A stretch of DNA of 64,000 nucleotides from an uncultured Planctomycetaceae bacterium (GCA_963815195.1 CAWFGE010000012.1:1024001-1088000); one strand, 5' to 3'; counted from the first letter of the stretch, positions 18,520-32,451 are shown. A program made the numbers and translations. The notes: generated from the letters alone by a model not told the origin.

Positions 18520-20227
18520 ATGGTCGGAATGAAGACCGCCACGTTCTCCTGCCCCCATTGCTTGTCTCCCTTGCGGATTCGGGACCGGGCCTTCGTCGAT
18601 CGCGAAATCGACTGCCCGGAATGTGGAGAACGCATCGAAATTCAACTCGGCCGCGACCGGGAACCCGTGGCTCGCAAAGTCGCTTCCGAAGAGCCGGTCT
18701 CTTCCGAAAAGCGAACGAAAAAAAACCGGCTGCCGCCGAAGACGAACCTTAAACGCAAACCCAAATCCAAGAGCCCGGCGAAAAAAGACGGCAAGAAAAC
18801 CGAGGACGCGGCCGCGCCGCCGCGCTTCGGCCATAAGCCGCTGTTCGACTTAGGCGCGCGATTTTCCGGCGTGCCGGAGGTGCTGTTGTCGCCCGTGGGG
18901 ATCGCCTGGTCGGTCGCGGGAGTCGTTGCGCTGACGCTCCTGGTCATCGCCTGGCCCGGCGGCGGGGAGGATTCCCCAACTCCAGCGGACCAAGTTGCGG
19001 ACAGCGAAACATCCAAAAACGAGAACGCGCCGGACGAGCCGGGAGGTATTGCCGAAGAGATTCCGCTGCCCGAACCGCCCGCGGGCATCGCGCCTTTGGA
19101 GGGAAACATCCAAGAGCAGTTGCAGCAGTTTGGCACCGCGATCGATCTTTATGCCGGAGCCAGAGGGCACTTTCCGGTGGGTACGGTGGGCTTGGGCGAT
19201 CAGCCGGTGAAGGATCGCTTCAGGCTGGCTGGCTGAGTTGCGGGTGACGACATCGCAAAAGCCGATCGCCGAGCCGCAATGGGATCAGCCCTGGAACGAT
19301 CCGTTGAACGACCGCTTTGTCCGCCAGCAGTTGGCTCCGTATTTGAATTCCGCGATTCCCCAGCGCGTCGGGGCGGACCGTTATCCCGCGACGCATTTTG
19401 TGGGAATCGCCGGCGTGGGGGCCGACGCCCCGGCGTTGCCGGCCGGTCATCCACGGGCGGGAATCTTCGGCGTGGACCGCATCACTCGGCCCGAAGACAT
19501 CACCGACGGGGCCGCGAACACGATGATGGTCGCGGGCGTCCGCGAGCAGTTGGGTTCCTGGGCCGCTGCGGGCCGATCCACCATGCGGCCCTTCACGCAG
19601 GAACCCTACATCAACGGCCCCGACGGATTTGGAACGGGCGAAGCGAACGGCATGTCGGTGTTGATGGCCGACGGCAGCGTGCGGTTTGTTTCCCAAAAGA
19701 CGTCGCCCACGATCGTCCGCCGCATGGCCGCGTTGGCCGACGGGTTTCCCTTGGACGAAACCGTCCCCGGCGAACCGGGCGAACGACCGCTCCCCAAACC
19801 CGAGCCCCAACCCCATCTCAAGTCTCCCCAACCGCAGAAGCCTCCGGTGATCGCACAAAACCCCGAGGCTGCCCATCCGCCGGCGAACGCCGATCCCAAG
19901 AATCCCGGCGATCCTCCGAAACCGATCGAACCAGCGCCGGCGAAGCCCGTGGACATCGACGCAGCGCTCGCGGTCAAGATTGTCAAGTTCGAGCAGCTCA
20001 CCGACACCCCGTTCAAGGAGTTGATCTTTCAAGTCGAGGAAATGTGCGGCGTGCCCATTCGGCGGGGCGACGATGTCCCCGGCGCGGCGGACGAAATCTG
20101 GAGCCAGCCCGTTTCGCTCCGGCTCCAAAACACCACGGTCCGCCAAATCCTGGAAGCCTTGCTTGAGAAGATTTCCCTCACCTATACAATCGAAAAAGAC
20201 CACATCCTCCTGCACAAGCCGCAATAG
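18520..20227 (+). CDS. Zn-ribbon/TM/DUF1559-like/STN-like protein (frameshift near 19230)
   Basis: CPHC..CPECG, TM, FPVGT..W, DITDGAANTMMV, VLMADGSVRF, QPVSLRLQNTTVRQIL; two adjacent ORFs join into one architecture. Confidence 0.75.
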
Positions 20228-20349
20228 ATCAAATCCGAATCTCGAAATCCGAAACAAATCCCAATGACCGAAACGATCAAAGCACAGACCTTTTGACCGG
20301 CCGGCGGGTTTCTGTCGCGGAGGCTTTGCGGAGTTTGGAACAAAGGCGT

Positions 20350-20420
20350 GAGCCGCGCACGAAGTAAGCGGTCTTGCGTTGTCTGAGTCCCTGAAAAACC
20401 GCTTACTGCGTGCGCGGCTC
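20350..20420. repeat. REP-like inverted repeat, family A
   Basis: GAGCCGCGCACGAAGTAAGCGG ... CCGCTTACTGCGTGCGCGGCTC; identical arms recur at 25585-25642. Confidence 0.85.
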
Positions 20421-20464
20421 TTTCCCGCTGATATGACACTTCAACACGAATCCGGGTGAATGCG

Positions 20465-20767
20465 ATGGAATTGGACGATCACGTTTGCCTGTGCTTTCAT
20501 ATTTCCAAGCGGAAGGTGCTGAACTTCATTCGCATCCACCATCCCCGCGTGCCCAGCCAGCTCGCGGAATGCGGCGGCGCGGGCACGGGCTGCGGCTGGT
20601 GCATTCCGTTTCTCAAGCGCTATTTCGAAAACGCCCGGGCCGAGGGGAACGGGAAGGACGATCTGCTCTCCGCCGAGGAATACGCCCGGCAGCGCGGCGA
20701 CTACATCCACGCCGGCAAAGGCACTCCGCCTCCCGGAGCCACCCCGCCCCCGCCGATCGAGGGCTAA
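20465..20767 (+). CDS. BFD-like [2Fe-2S]-binding protein
   Basis: VCLCFHI...CGGAGTGCGWC. Confidence 0.85.
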   Translation: MELDDHVCLCFHISKRKVLNFIRIHHPRVPSQLAECGGAGTGCGWCIPFLKRYFENARAEGNGKDDLLSAEEYARQRGDYIHAGKGTPPPGATPPPPIEG

Positions 20768-20847
20768 ACGGTTTTTCCCCCGCCGGTTCTGTGGAGAGAT
20801 CTCCCCTCGCTCATTATGCTTGAGGGACCTTTTTGGAGAGTTCTTTC

Positions 20848-24322
<3,475 letters not shown>

Positions 24323-24393
24323 AGGCGAGCGGACCAACCTGCGGTCGGTGCCCGCGTAAGCCCCATGATGATTCCCATTCCAAGGAAGGACGG

Positions 24394-25602
24394 ATGGAGC
24401 GAGCACTTTGGCAAGCGGAACGGCTGACGGAGTTTGGCCCCAACCCGTTCTCGCCGATCGAGCAAAGCACCTCGGGCGAAGTCCTCGGCGCGCGGCCGCG
24501 GGCTTTGAAAGCCGGCGTGCTGTCGAAATCCGAAAACATCCCCGGCGTGTACGGCCTCTTCGATGACGACGGCGTTTTGATTTACGTCGGCAAATCGAAG
24601 CAGCTTCGCACCCGGCTTTTGAGCTACTTCAGCCCCAAGGTCAGAAACCAAAAACCGGGCCGAATGATTCGGCAGACCCGCCGCATCTTATGGGAGCCGG
24701 CTCCCAGCGAGTTCGCCGCGCTTTTGCGGGAGCTGCATCTCATTCAAACCTGGCGGCCGAGTTGGAACGTCAAAGACATGCCGAGCACCGCGAGGCCCAC
24801 GTATCTGTGCATCGGCCGGCCCACCGCGCCGGGCGTTTTGCTCTCGGCCAGGCCGGGTGCGCAAGTGCTGGCGAGCTTTGGACCGCTGTGGCCGGGCCGG
24901 CGGTTGTCGCGGGCGGTGGAAGTGCTCAATCGGCTGTTTTTATTGCGGGACTGTGCCAACTCGCAGCCGATGGCGTTTGCCGATCAAACCCCAATGTTCG
25001 CGAAAGACGTCCGCCCGGGCTGTTTGCGATTCGAACTTGAAACCTGCCTGGGGCCTTGCGTCCAGGCGTGCTCCCAGAAATCCTATTCTCAAAATGTCCG
25101 CGACGCCCGGCGGTTTCTCGAAGGCAAAAGCGATAAGCCGATTGCCCTCATAAAAGACCGGATGATCGACGCGGCCGCGAATCAACACTACGAACTCGCG
25201 GCCCGGTTGCGGGACGACCTAAAGGCGGTGCTGTTTTTAGAAGACCGCTTGAACGGCCTCCGCGCGGCTGAGGCGGAATATCACTTCGTTTATCCCGTCA
25301 CGTCGCCGGCGGGCGGGACGATCTGGTATTTGATCAAGGGCGGACGGGTCGCTGCGGTTGCCCAGCCTCCCACTTCGGCCCCGGAGGCGAGAGCCGCCCG
25401 CGAATTGTTGGACCGCACCTTCGGCTCTGCGCCGATGCTCGATGATTTGACCCCGCACCGCCCCGACACGCTGCTGTTGGTGATGTCCTGGTTTCAACAA
25501 AACCCCGAGCAGCTCGAGCAAACACTCTCGCCAGCCCAAGCCAAAAAACGCCGCGAGCTTCTCCAGCAGCGCACTCGGCATGAAGAGCCGCGCACGAAGT
25601 AA
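24394..25602 (+). CDS. UvrC/Cho-like GIY-YIG nuclease with Cys cluster and UVR domain
   Basis: PGVYGLF..IYVGKSKQLRTRLLSYF, LRDC..CLRFELETCLGPC, M..AA..YELAARLRD; no C-terminal RNaseH/HhH part. Confidence 0.85.
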   Translation: MERALWQAERLTEFGPNPFSPIEQSTSGEVLGARPRALKAGVLSKSENIPGVYGLFDDDGVLIYVGKSKQLRTRLLSYFSPKVRNQKPGRMIRQTRRILWEPAPSEFAALLRELHLIQTWRPSWNVKDMPSTARPTYLCIGRPTAPGVLLSARPGAQVLASFGPLWPGRRLSRAVEVLNRLFLLRDCANSQPMAFADQTPMFAKDVRPGCLRFELETCLGPCVQACSQKSYSQNVRDARRFLEGKSDKPIALIKDRMIDAAANQHYELAARLRDDLKAVLFLEDRLNGLRAAEAEYHFVYPVTSPAGGTIWYLIKGGRVAAVAQPPTSAPEARAARELLDRTFGSAPMLDDLTPHRPDTLLLVMSWFQQNPEQLEQTLSPAQAKKRRELLQQRTRHEEPRTK

Positions 25603-25642
25603 GCGGTTGGCCTTTTTCTTCCGCTTACTGCGTGCGCGGCTC
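25585..25642. repeat. REP-like inverted repeat, family A, between convergent genes
   Basis: Same arms as 20350-20420 with a shorter loop; contains the TAA of the upstream CDS. Confidence 0.85.
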
Positions 25643-25657
25643 TTTGGTCGGTTTTAT

Positions 25658-27469
25658 TCAGCCCACGACGCGGTTGAGTTCTTCGACAGACGTGATGCCG
25701 CGGGCGACGAGGCGGAGACCTTCTTCGCGGAGCGTCAACAAGCCGTGGTTTCGGGCTTCGAGGCGGAGCGACGTTGGCGTCGGTTTTTGAAGCAGGTGCG
25801 CGCGGACTTCCTCGGTCAAAGGCAGCACTTCAAATACGCCGACTTGCCCGTGATAGCCCACGCCCCGGCACGTTTTACATTTGGGATTCGCGCCTTCGCG
25901 GGAAAGCGACGAAACGCCTTCCTCCGGCAGGCCGGCTTTGACGAGTTCGTCTGTTGTGGGCTCATATTCCTCTTTGCATTCGGGACACAACCGCCGGACC
26001 AGTCGCTGGGCAAGAACCAGCGATAGCGTTTCCGCGACGAGCGCCGGTTCGGTGCCGAGTTCCAGTAACCTCAACACGGCGGCGATGCTGTCCGTGGCAT
26101 GCACCGTCGAGAACACCAGATGCCCCGTGTGGGCGGCCTGGCACACGGCTTGGGCCGTCTCCTCATCGCGGATTTCGCCGATCATCACCACGTCGGGATC
26201 CTGCCGGAGCACATTTCGCAGCGTCTCCCCGAAGGTCTGGCCTTTGGCGGTGCTGATTTCGATTTGGGTGACGTTTTCGACGCGGTACTCCACCGGGTCT
26301 TCGATGGTGATCACATTGCGGTGCTCGGTGTCGAGATCATTGATCGCGGCGTGCAGCGTGGTGGATTTTCCCGCCCCCGCGGGACCGGCCGCGAGCACCA
26401 GGCCGTGCGGCCGGCGGATGACTTCGCGAATCTGGTCGTACAGACTCTTGCGAAAGCCCAATTCCTCAATCTGTTCCACGGAGTTTTCGGGATCGAGAAT
26501 TCGTAGCGTGAGTTTTTCCCCCAACTGTGTGCCCTGCGTGGCGACACGGAAATCGATCTCGCGGTCCTCGACCTCCGCCCGGAAACTGCCATCCTGCGGC
26601 CGCCGGCGTTCGGTGATGTCGAGTGCGCACAGGATTTTGACGATGTTGATGATGTTCCGCCCCTTGGACACGTCGAAGGGTTCGTCGGGGTACATCATGC
26701 CGTCGATGCGAAACCGCACCGCCACCTGGCCCTCCTTGGGTTCCAGATGGATGTCGGTGCTCCGCCGCTGAATGGCTCTTAAAATCAAATCCTTCGCGGC
26801 GAGGTAGTTGGGCGAATGCTCGACCTGGCGGGAGATGGTTTCGCTCACGCCGGTGCTGTCGGATTTTCCCAGGAACTTGATGCTCATGCCCGTCGCGGCT
26901 TCCAGGACGCCCGGCGTTTGGATGCGGATGCCGAAGATCGCCAACTGCCGAAGCCCCAAGGCCGCGAGATGCTGGGGCGTGAGGACTTTCGAAAACTCCG
27001 CCACGCGGGAATTCCGCAAACGCACGTACGCGTACATGGGCAAACCGTACAACGCCAACAGCGGCAGGAGTCCGTAAAACCGGGGCAGCAGAAACACGGC
27101 CGCGAAGCCCAACAAGCCGCAAAGGAGCATCGCGAGATTCCAGATCGGACTGGACAGCCGGAGGGCCGAGCTGTCCCGGCTGACCCAATACGAAGTCCGC
27201 ACCCACAACAGAAACATCGCCCCCACGAAGACCATCAGAAACGTGTCGAAATAAAATCCGACGGCCCGGGGAGAATCGAGCAATTCCGGCGGGCCGTGGC
27301 CTCGGAAAAAACCGAAGGGGTTGGGCGGATAGGCGTCTTCCGCGCGGGGCGGCGCGGGGGAAATTGCCGACGGTGCAGGTTTGCCGTGGTCGTCCGCGAG
27401 CACGGGAACGGAAACGCCCGCGGCCGCCGCCAACAGCAATCCCCATGCTAAAATCGCCGCTCGATTCAT
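25658..27469 (-). CDS. GspE/PulE/PilB family secretion ATPase with N-terminal TM segments
   Basis: TDIHLEP, RFRIDG, PQDG, GPAGAGKSTT, TIEDPVE, LRQDPDVVMIGEIRD, TGHLVFSTVH, CPEC..CKTC. Confidence 0.92.
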   Translation of the reverse strand: MNRAAILAWGLLLAAAAGVSVPVLADDHGKPAPSAISPAPPRAEDAYPPNPFGFFRGHGPPELLDSPRAVGFYFDTFLMVFVGAMFLLWVRTSYWVSRDSSALRLSSPIWNLAMLLCGLLGFAAVFLLPRFYGLLPLLALYGLPMYAYVRLRNSRVAEFSKVLTPQHLAALGLRQLAIFGIRIQTPGVLEAATGMSIKFLGKSDSTGVSETISRQVEHSPNYLAAKDLILRAIQRRSTDIHLEPKEGQVAVRFRIDGMMYPDEPFDVSKGRNIINIVKILCALDITERRRPQDGSFRAEVEDREIDFRVATQGTQLGEKLTLRILDPENSVEQIEELGFRKSLYDQIREVIRRPHGLVLAAGPAGAGKSTTLHAAINDLDTEHRNVITIEDPVEYRVENVTQIEISTAKGQTFGETLRNVLRQDPDVVMIGEIRDEETAQAVCQAAHTGHLVFSTVHATDSIAAVLRLLELGTEPALVAETLSLVLAQRLVRRLCPECKEEYEPTTDELVKAGLPEEGVSSLSREGANPKCKTCRGVGYHGQVGVFEVLPLTEEVRAHLLQKPTPTSLRLEARNHGLLTLREEGLRLVARGITSVEELNRVVG

Positions 27470-27559
27470 CCCGCTTTGTCTTTCCTCATAATCTCGTCGA
27501 TCTCTCTATTCAACGCGTCAGTTTAGCGAATGTTTCGCCGATCGGCCGCGCCGGAAATC

Positions 27560-28249
27560 TCAAATCTCGAAGTTGAAGCCGTTCTGTTTGAGGCGTTCGT
27601 ATTTCTTTTCATCGAAGCGATACAGCCTCGCGGCCCGGTGGGCGACGCCGCGTTGGACTTCGTCGAGTTCGATCAGCAAATCCATGCCCAGGATTTTTTT
27701 GCGGAAGTTGCGTTTGTCGAGTTCGCGTTCCAGCACGGTTTCATAAAGCCTTTGCAGTTGCGAAAGGGTGAATTTTTTGGGCAAAAGCTCGAAACCGATG
27801 GGTTCGTAGCGGACTTTCCCTTTGAGCCGGGCAAGGGCGACCTGCACGATCTGGTCGTGATCGAACGCCAAATCCGGCAGGTCGGACACGGCGAACCATG
27901 CCGCACTGCGGGCGTCCGTCGCCGCCCGCACCTGATGATCGCTGAGCTTGACGAGCGCATAATACGCGACTGTCACCACCCGCTCGCGGGGATCGCGGTG
28001 CGCGTCGCCGAAGGTGTAAAGCTGTTCGAGATACAGCCGCGTGATGCCCGTCTCCTCCTCCAACTCCCGCCGGGCCGCATCTTCGAGGTTCTCCGCCAGA
28101 TTCACAAACCCGCCCGGCAGCGCCCACCGGCCCGCAAAGGGTTCCTCCGCACGCTCCACCAGCAACAGCCGCAGTTCATCTTCATCCAGCCCGAACACCA
28201 CGCAGTCCACCGTGAGCGCGGGCCGGGGATGTTTATAGGTATAAGCCAT
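27560..28249 (-). CDS. nrtR: NrtR-type NUDIX + winged-helix regulator
   Basis: [55 protein letters not shown]. Confidence 0.85.
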   Translation of the reverse strand: MAYTYKHPRPALTVDCVVFGLDEDELRLLLVERAEEPFAGRWALPGGFVNLAENLEDAARRELEEETGITRLYLEQLYTFGDAHRDPRERVVTVAYYALVKLSDHQVRAATDARSAAWFAVSDLPDLAFDHDQIVQVALARLKGKVRYEPIGFELLPKKFTLSQLQRLYETVLERELDKRNFRKKILGMDLLIELDEVQRGVAHRAARLYRFDEKKYERLKQNGFNFEI

Positions 28250-28326
28250 CGCCGTCTCCAAAGTGTTGTTTCAACACTAAGAATACGCCGCGAAGAGCGG
28301 TTCGTCAATGCTCAATTGCAAGGATT

Positions 28327-28432
28327 GGGTGGCACGTCCCTGAGCGCAGCGAAGGGCGTGGCGAAGGGCGTGGCGATAGCGAAGTCGGCCGCACAGACCA
28401 CGCCCTTCGCTGCGCTCAGGAGCGTGCCACCC
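28327..28432. repeat. REP-like inverted repeat, family B
   Basis: GGGTGGCACGTCCCTGAGCGCAGCGAAGGGCGTGG ... CCACGCCCTTCGCTGCGCTCAGGAGCGTGCCACCC with an internal duplication of GCGAAGGGCGTG. Confidence 0.85.
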
Positions 28433-28468
28433 CGTTGTGTTCCTGTTTTGGGAACCTTCGCGGCGAAA

Positions 28469-29755
28469 TCAAACGGGCTGGGTCTCGAAGACCTCGGCGA
28501 CGGCGAGGAGATTGCCGGCTTCGTCGAACGGCATCGGGAAGGCTTCACCCAATCCCGTCAGGTCGTCCCGGCCGGCGAACTGGTCGCGGTACGCGGAGCT
28601 GACCAGCACGTGTTTGAGATGCAGCGTGTCGGTGATGTGGATGATGCGGGCGTTCTCCGGCGGGGTGAGGCCGATCGTGCCCAGGGCATCTTCCAGGACC
28701 TCGCGGTCCGTTTCGCGGGCGATGGGCAGCATGGCTCCCGTGGGATGGCCGCCGGTGATCGTGTTGATGCGGGTGATCTCCAAGTCCACGCCGTCGATCG
28801 TCCGCCGATTGGTGAACTCGGCCATCCCCAGCCCGCAGGCGTTTCCGTGGGTCGCTTCGGTCAGGCCGCGGATGAAAATCCGCTTGACCGCGACGGAATC
28901 CCGCTCGGTCGCGGCATGGTCGTTGTATTTCCGGCCGATGATGTTCGTGTCCATCCCGCTGCCGCTGATGTCCTTGCCGATCTGATCCACGATCAATAAA
29001 TCCGCCTTGGCGAAGGGCAAGCGGGGCATCCATTTCTTGGCGAGGACGAGAAGCTCTTTTTCCCGCTCGAAGAAGTCTTCGGGAGCGACGGCCGCGATCA
29101 GGCCGGTCTCGTCGTAGGCGTTTTCGACGATGCCCAGCCCGGCGATGACTTTGCAGCGCTTAAGCACCACGTCCGCGACCGCCCGGATGATTTCCAGAAA
29201 GCTGAAGTCCTGAATCGCCCGGTGATAAATGATCGCCCCGTTGTGCTTGCCCAGGCCGATGAGCATCATTTTGTGCAGGCCCGATTCGATCTCGCCCACG
29301 AACCCCGTGTGCGGTTTCACTCGGCCGCAGACGAGCACATGGTCGGCTTCGTAGGCGTTTTTGTCGAAGTGCACCGGGACGTTGTGTCCGGGCGTGTGGG
29401 CCACGATCACGGTTTCCATCGAAGAGCGAATCTCCGCCCCGACGTAATCCGGCGTGATCCCGTAGCCTTCGAGGATCGCCCGCTGCCCCTCCGCCGTGCC
29501 GCCGCCGTGCGAACCCATCGCGGGCACGATGAATGGCTCGGCCCCCAGGCTCTGAAAATGCGCGACCGCCGCCTTGATGATCTTCGCAATGTTCGCGATC
29601 CCCCGGCTGCCCGCAGTGATCGCCACCGTCTCGCCCGGCTGAATCCGCCGGCCCAAATCGAGCGACGCCAACTGCTTTAGGGTCTCGGCTTCCACATTCT
29701 CCACGCGGGGAGCATCAAACGTCTGCCGGACGCGAAACATCTCAGGAAACGGCAT
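28469..29755 (-). CDS. Lactate racemase (LarA/DUF2088)-domain protein
   Basis: VAITAGSRGI, PAMGSHGG, RVKPHT, SGLHKMMLIGLGK, GKDISGSGMDTNI. Confidence 0.82.
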   Translation of the reverse strand: MPFPEMFRVRQTFDAPRVENVEAETLKQLASLDLGRRIQPGETVAITAGSRGIANIAKIIKAAVAHFQSLGAEPFIVPAMGSHGGGTAEGQRAILEGYGITPDYVGAEIRSSMETVIVAHTPGHNVPVHFDKNAYEADHVLVCGRVKPHTGFVGEIESGLHKMMLIGLGKHNGAIIYHRAIQDFSFLEIIRAVADVVLKRCKVIAGLGIVENAYDETGLIAAVAPEDFFEREKELLVLAKKWMPRLPFAKADLLIVDQIGKDISGSGMDTNIIGRKYNDHAATERDSVAVKRIFIRGLTEATHGNACGLGMAEFTNRRTIDGVDLEITRINTITGGHPTGAMLPIARETDREVLEDALGTIGLTPPENARIIHITDTLHLKHVLVSSAYRDQFAGRDDLTGLGEAFPMPFDEAGNLLAVAEVFETQPV

Positions 29756-30070
29756 CTTCCCACCTCAATCAATCGAAAGAACCTCGTGCCGGAAAACATC
29801 CAGTGTAAGCGGAACCCGCGAAAACGTCCACGAAGCGAAGAATCGGCCCCTTGGATCGATCGATGGCACCCGATATGATGAACCGAAGCCGGAACCGTCA
29901 ATGCCCACGCCGGAATTCGTAGGGAACAACTCCCTTTGAACTCCCAAGATGCCCTTCCACGACCATTGAACCTCGAAGAAACACACCAACAAACTTGCTG
30001 CCGAATCAAACAGAAGGCGAGCGGCCAGCGTAAGCTGGCTGGTCACTCAAAATGAAAAATCCGCTTGACT

Positions 30071-30453
30071 AAGATCGTCATCCTCGAAGACAACCAAGAC
30101 CGGCAGACCATCATGCAAATGTTTATTTTGATACGATGAAACGGTGGAGAGAACAAAAGATCCGCTTGGAGTTCACCTGAAGATGCCCTTGCGCGACCAT
30201 TTTCATCCACCGCTCTCTGAAAATCGGCATTGGGAATCGTTTCATTCTCGGTGGGCCTCAGCGATCTGCACAATGAAATGATCGCGCTCCTCGGGTCATC
30301 ATCCATACCACCAACACCCCCGGCGGAGTGGGCATGGAAATGATTCTGAAAGAAGCGGGATGGAAAATGAACCGCCTCATCCCGCATCGCGACATGGAAT
30401 GGATTCCGGAATTATGGTTTCCGGCGGTGAGGAAACAATTGGCAGAAACATGA
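30071..30453 (+). pseudogene. Disrupted cyclic-phosphate-processing receiver-like domain gene, copy 1
   Basis: N-piece KIVILEDNQDRQTIM (30071-) and C-piece VIIHTTNTPGGVGMEMILKEAGWK..MEWIPELWFP (30295-30453) separated by ~170 bp of unrelated DNA. Confidence 0.6.
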
Positions 30454-30472
30454 CACACGCATCGAAACTCCA

Positions 30473-30967
30473 ATGAAGCCCAAAGTCTATATCGAAACCA
30501 CGATTATCAGTTATCTGACCGCGTGGCCTTCACGCGACGTTGTGATCGCAGGTTATCAACAAACAACTCGGGACTGGTGGCGCGATGCCGCCGACCGTTT
30601 CGAGCTCGTGGCTTCCGAATTGGTCATCGACGAGGCCGGTGCCGGTGATCCGGTTGCCGCCCAGGAGCGTTTGGTCGCGTTGGAATCCGTCACCTTGCTT
30701 GATGCAACGGAAGCAGCGGCAAACCTGGCCCAGCAATTGATTGAATCTGGCGCAATTCCCGAAAAGGCCGCAGGCGATGCCGGCCATATTGCCATCGCGG
30801 TTACGAACGGCGTCGAGTATTTGGTAACATGGAACTGTCGGTATATTGCCAACGCCACCATGCGAGCCCAAATTGAACGAGTCTGCCGGAGTGCAGGCTA
30901 CGAACCAACGATTATCTGCACGCCCGATGAACTCATGGAATCAGATTATGAAACGCACGACGAATGA
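30473..30967 (+). CDS. PIN-domain (VapC-like) toxin
   Basis: KVYIETTIISYL, SELVIDE, DAGHIAIA, YLVTWNC. Confidence 0.88.
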   Translation: MKPKVYIETTIISYLTAWPSRDVVIAGYQQTTRDWWRDAADRFELVASELVIDEAGAGDPVAAQERLVALESVTLLDATEAAANLAQQLIESGAIPEKAAGDAGHIAIAVTNGVEYLVTWNCRYIANATMRAQIERVCRSAGYEPTIICTPDELMESDYETHDE

Positions 30968-31163
30968 CCCCATCATCGCCGAAGTCCGGGCGGTCCGCGA
31001 AAATCACGCGGCCCAGTTCGGCTACGACATCACGGAAATCTTCAAGAACCTCAGAACCAAACAAAAAGCGTCCGGCCGCAAATACGTGAGCTACCCGCCA
31101 CGCCCGGCGACTTTAACCACTGACACCGAGTCAACTGACATCACAAGAGGCGAAGAAGAGTGA
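30948..31163 (+). CDS. Small putative antitoxin downstream of the PIN gene
   Basis: DPIIAEVRAVRENHAAQFGYDI..; overlaps the PIN 3' end. Confidence 0.7.
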   Translation: MKRTTNDPIIAEVRAVRENHAAQFGYDITEIFKNLRTKQKASGRKYVSYPPRPATLTTDTESTDITRGEEE

Positions 31164-31225
31164 TGTAGCATCCTAAAGTAATCTCTCGCGGCTACCCCGC
31201 CCTGGTTTACAAGCAACCAGGGCCA

Positions 31226-31550
31226 CCCCGCGGAAACGATCGATTGCTTCAAAGCCCACTTGCCGGAAACCGCCCTGATCGCATTGGATCACGATTAGGA
31301 AATGATCGAAGGAGAACACGAACAGAACATGATCGATCCGGGAACCGGCCGCGACGTGGCGGAGTACCTGGCCACAAAAACCCCCGTCTGCCCGGTCCTC
31401 ATCCACACCACCAACACCCCCGCCGGCGCGGGCATGGAAATGACGTTGAAAGAAGCCGGTTGGAAATCAGAACGAATCGTGCCTTATGGGGATATGGAGT
31501 GGATAGCGGGGGTGTGGGTTTCGACAATAAAAAAGGTTTCGTCATTTTAA
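31226..31550 (+). pseudogene. Disrupted cyclic-phosphate-processing receiver-like domain gene, copy 2
   Basis: LIALDHD*EM..DPGTGRDVAEYL..PVLIHTTN; in-frame TAG at 31296-31298; N-terminus missing. Confidence 0.65.
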
Positions 31551-31552
31551 AT

Positions 31553-31618
31553 GTAGGGTGGGTATCGCCCACCAATTCGGAAGATGGTGGGCCGTGCCCA
31601 CCGCCGTGCCCACCCTAC
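31553..31618. repeat. GTAG-type REP doublet
   Basis: GTAGGGTGGGTATCGCCCACCA ... TGGTGGGCCGTGCCCACC(GCCGTGCCCACC)CTAC. Confidence 0.75.
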
Positions 31619-31664
31619 TTACTTTTGGCAAGTCAAAGCATCAGTTTTTTCAAGGAGTTTCACA

Positions 31665-32006
31665 ATGGCAATTCCCCATGCAAAATCAGGCGAAGTCATC
31701 GACCTAAAATCTCTGGGAGAGGCCGCGACGTCTTCGATCACAAATACTGTGGTAAAGACTGATCATCTGGAAGTGATCCGTCTGGTGATTCCCGCCGGCA
31801 AGGACATCCCGCCGCATCAGGTCGCCGGCGAGATCACAGTGCAGTGTCTGAACGGCCGAGTCGCCTTCACGGGCGGCGGTGCGACCCGTGAACTGTCGGC
31901 GGGGCAGATGCTCTATCTCGCCGGCAACGAACCGCATTCGCTCCGCGGCATCGAGGATGCGTCCGTGCTCGTGACCATCCTGCTACACCACAAAAGCGAG
32001 GGATGA
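31665..32006 (+). CDS. Cupin domain protein
   Basis: LEVIRLVIPAGKDIPPHQVAGEITVQCLNG..PHSLRG; AAGGAG RBS. Confidence 0.88.
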   Translation: MAIPHAKSGEVIDLKSLGEAATSSITNTVVKTDHLEVIRLVIPAGKDIPPHQVAGEITVQCLNGRVAFTGGGATRELSAGQMLYLAGNEPHSLRGIEDASVLVTILLHHKSEG

Positions 32007-32079
32007 TGCCGACACCGGTGCAATTCCGCTTTGATTGGCACGCCGCCGAGGTTCTTAGCGAACGGCAAGGAATGTAAGA

Positions 32080-32427
32080 ATGATTACCATCAAGCGAGCC
32101 TACACGACTCCCTCGCCCGACGATGGATTGCGGGTTTTGGTGGAACGCCTGTGGCCGCGCGGCCTCAGCAAGGAGCGGGCGGCGGTGGATCTCTGGCTCA
32201 AGGAGATCGCTCCCAGCACGGAGTTGCGTAAGTGGTTCGGTCATGACCCGGAACGTTGGGAGGAGTTTCAGGATCGATACCGGCAGGAATTGGAGGAGAA
32301 AGAGGAGCCGATTCAACTGCTGAAGAAAAAAGAGAAAAAGGGCGCAGTCACGTTGATTTATGCTGCGCGGGACGAAGAGCACAATAGTGCGTTGGTCCTT
32401 AAAGAAGTGCTGGAAAATCACAAGTGA
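32080..32427 (+). CDS. DUF488 / YeaO family protein
   Basis: [42 protein letters not shown]. Confidence 0.9.
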   Translation: MITIKRAYTTPSPDDGLRVLVERLWPRGLSKERAAVDLWLKEIAPSTELRKWFGHDPERWEEFQDRYRQELEEKEEPIQLLKKKEKKGAVTLIYAARDEEHNSALVLKEVLENHK

Positions 32428-32451
32428 AATGATCGTATTTAAGAACCAAGG

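Noticed and set aside
24394..25602. Calling this gene uvrC
   Set aside because: Lacks the RNaseH-like and HhH C-terminal domains; only a Cho-like architecture is supported
29765..30046. 93 aa ORF or riboswitch upstream of the LarA-like gene
   Set aside because: No protein motif or recognisable riboswitch consensus
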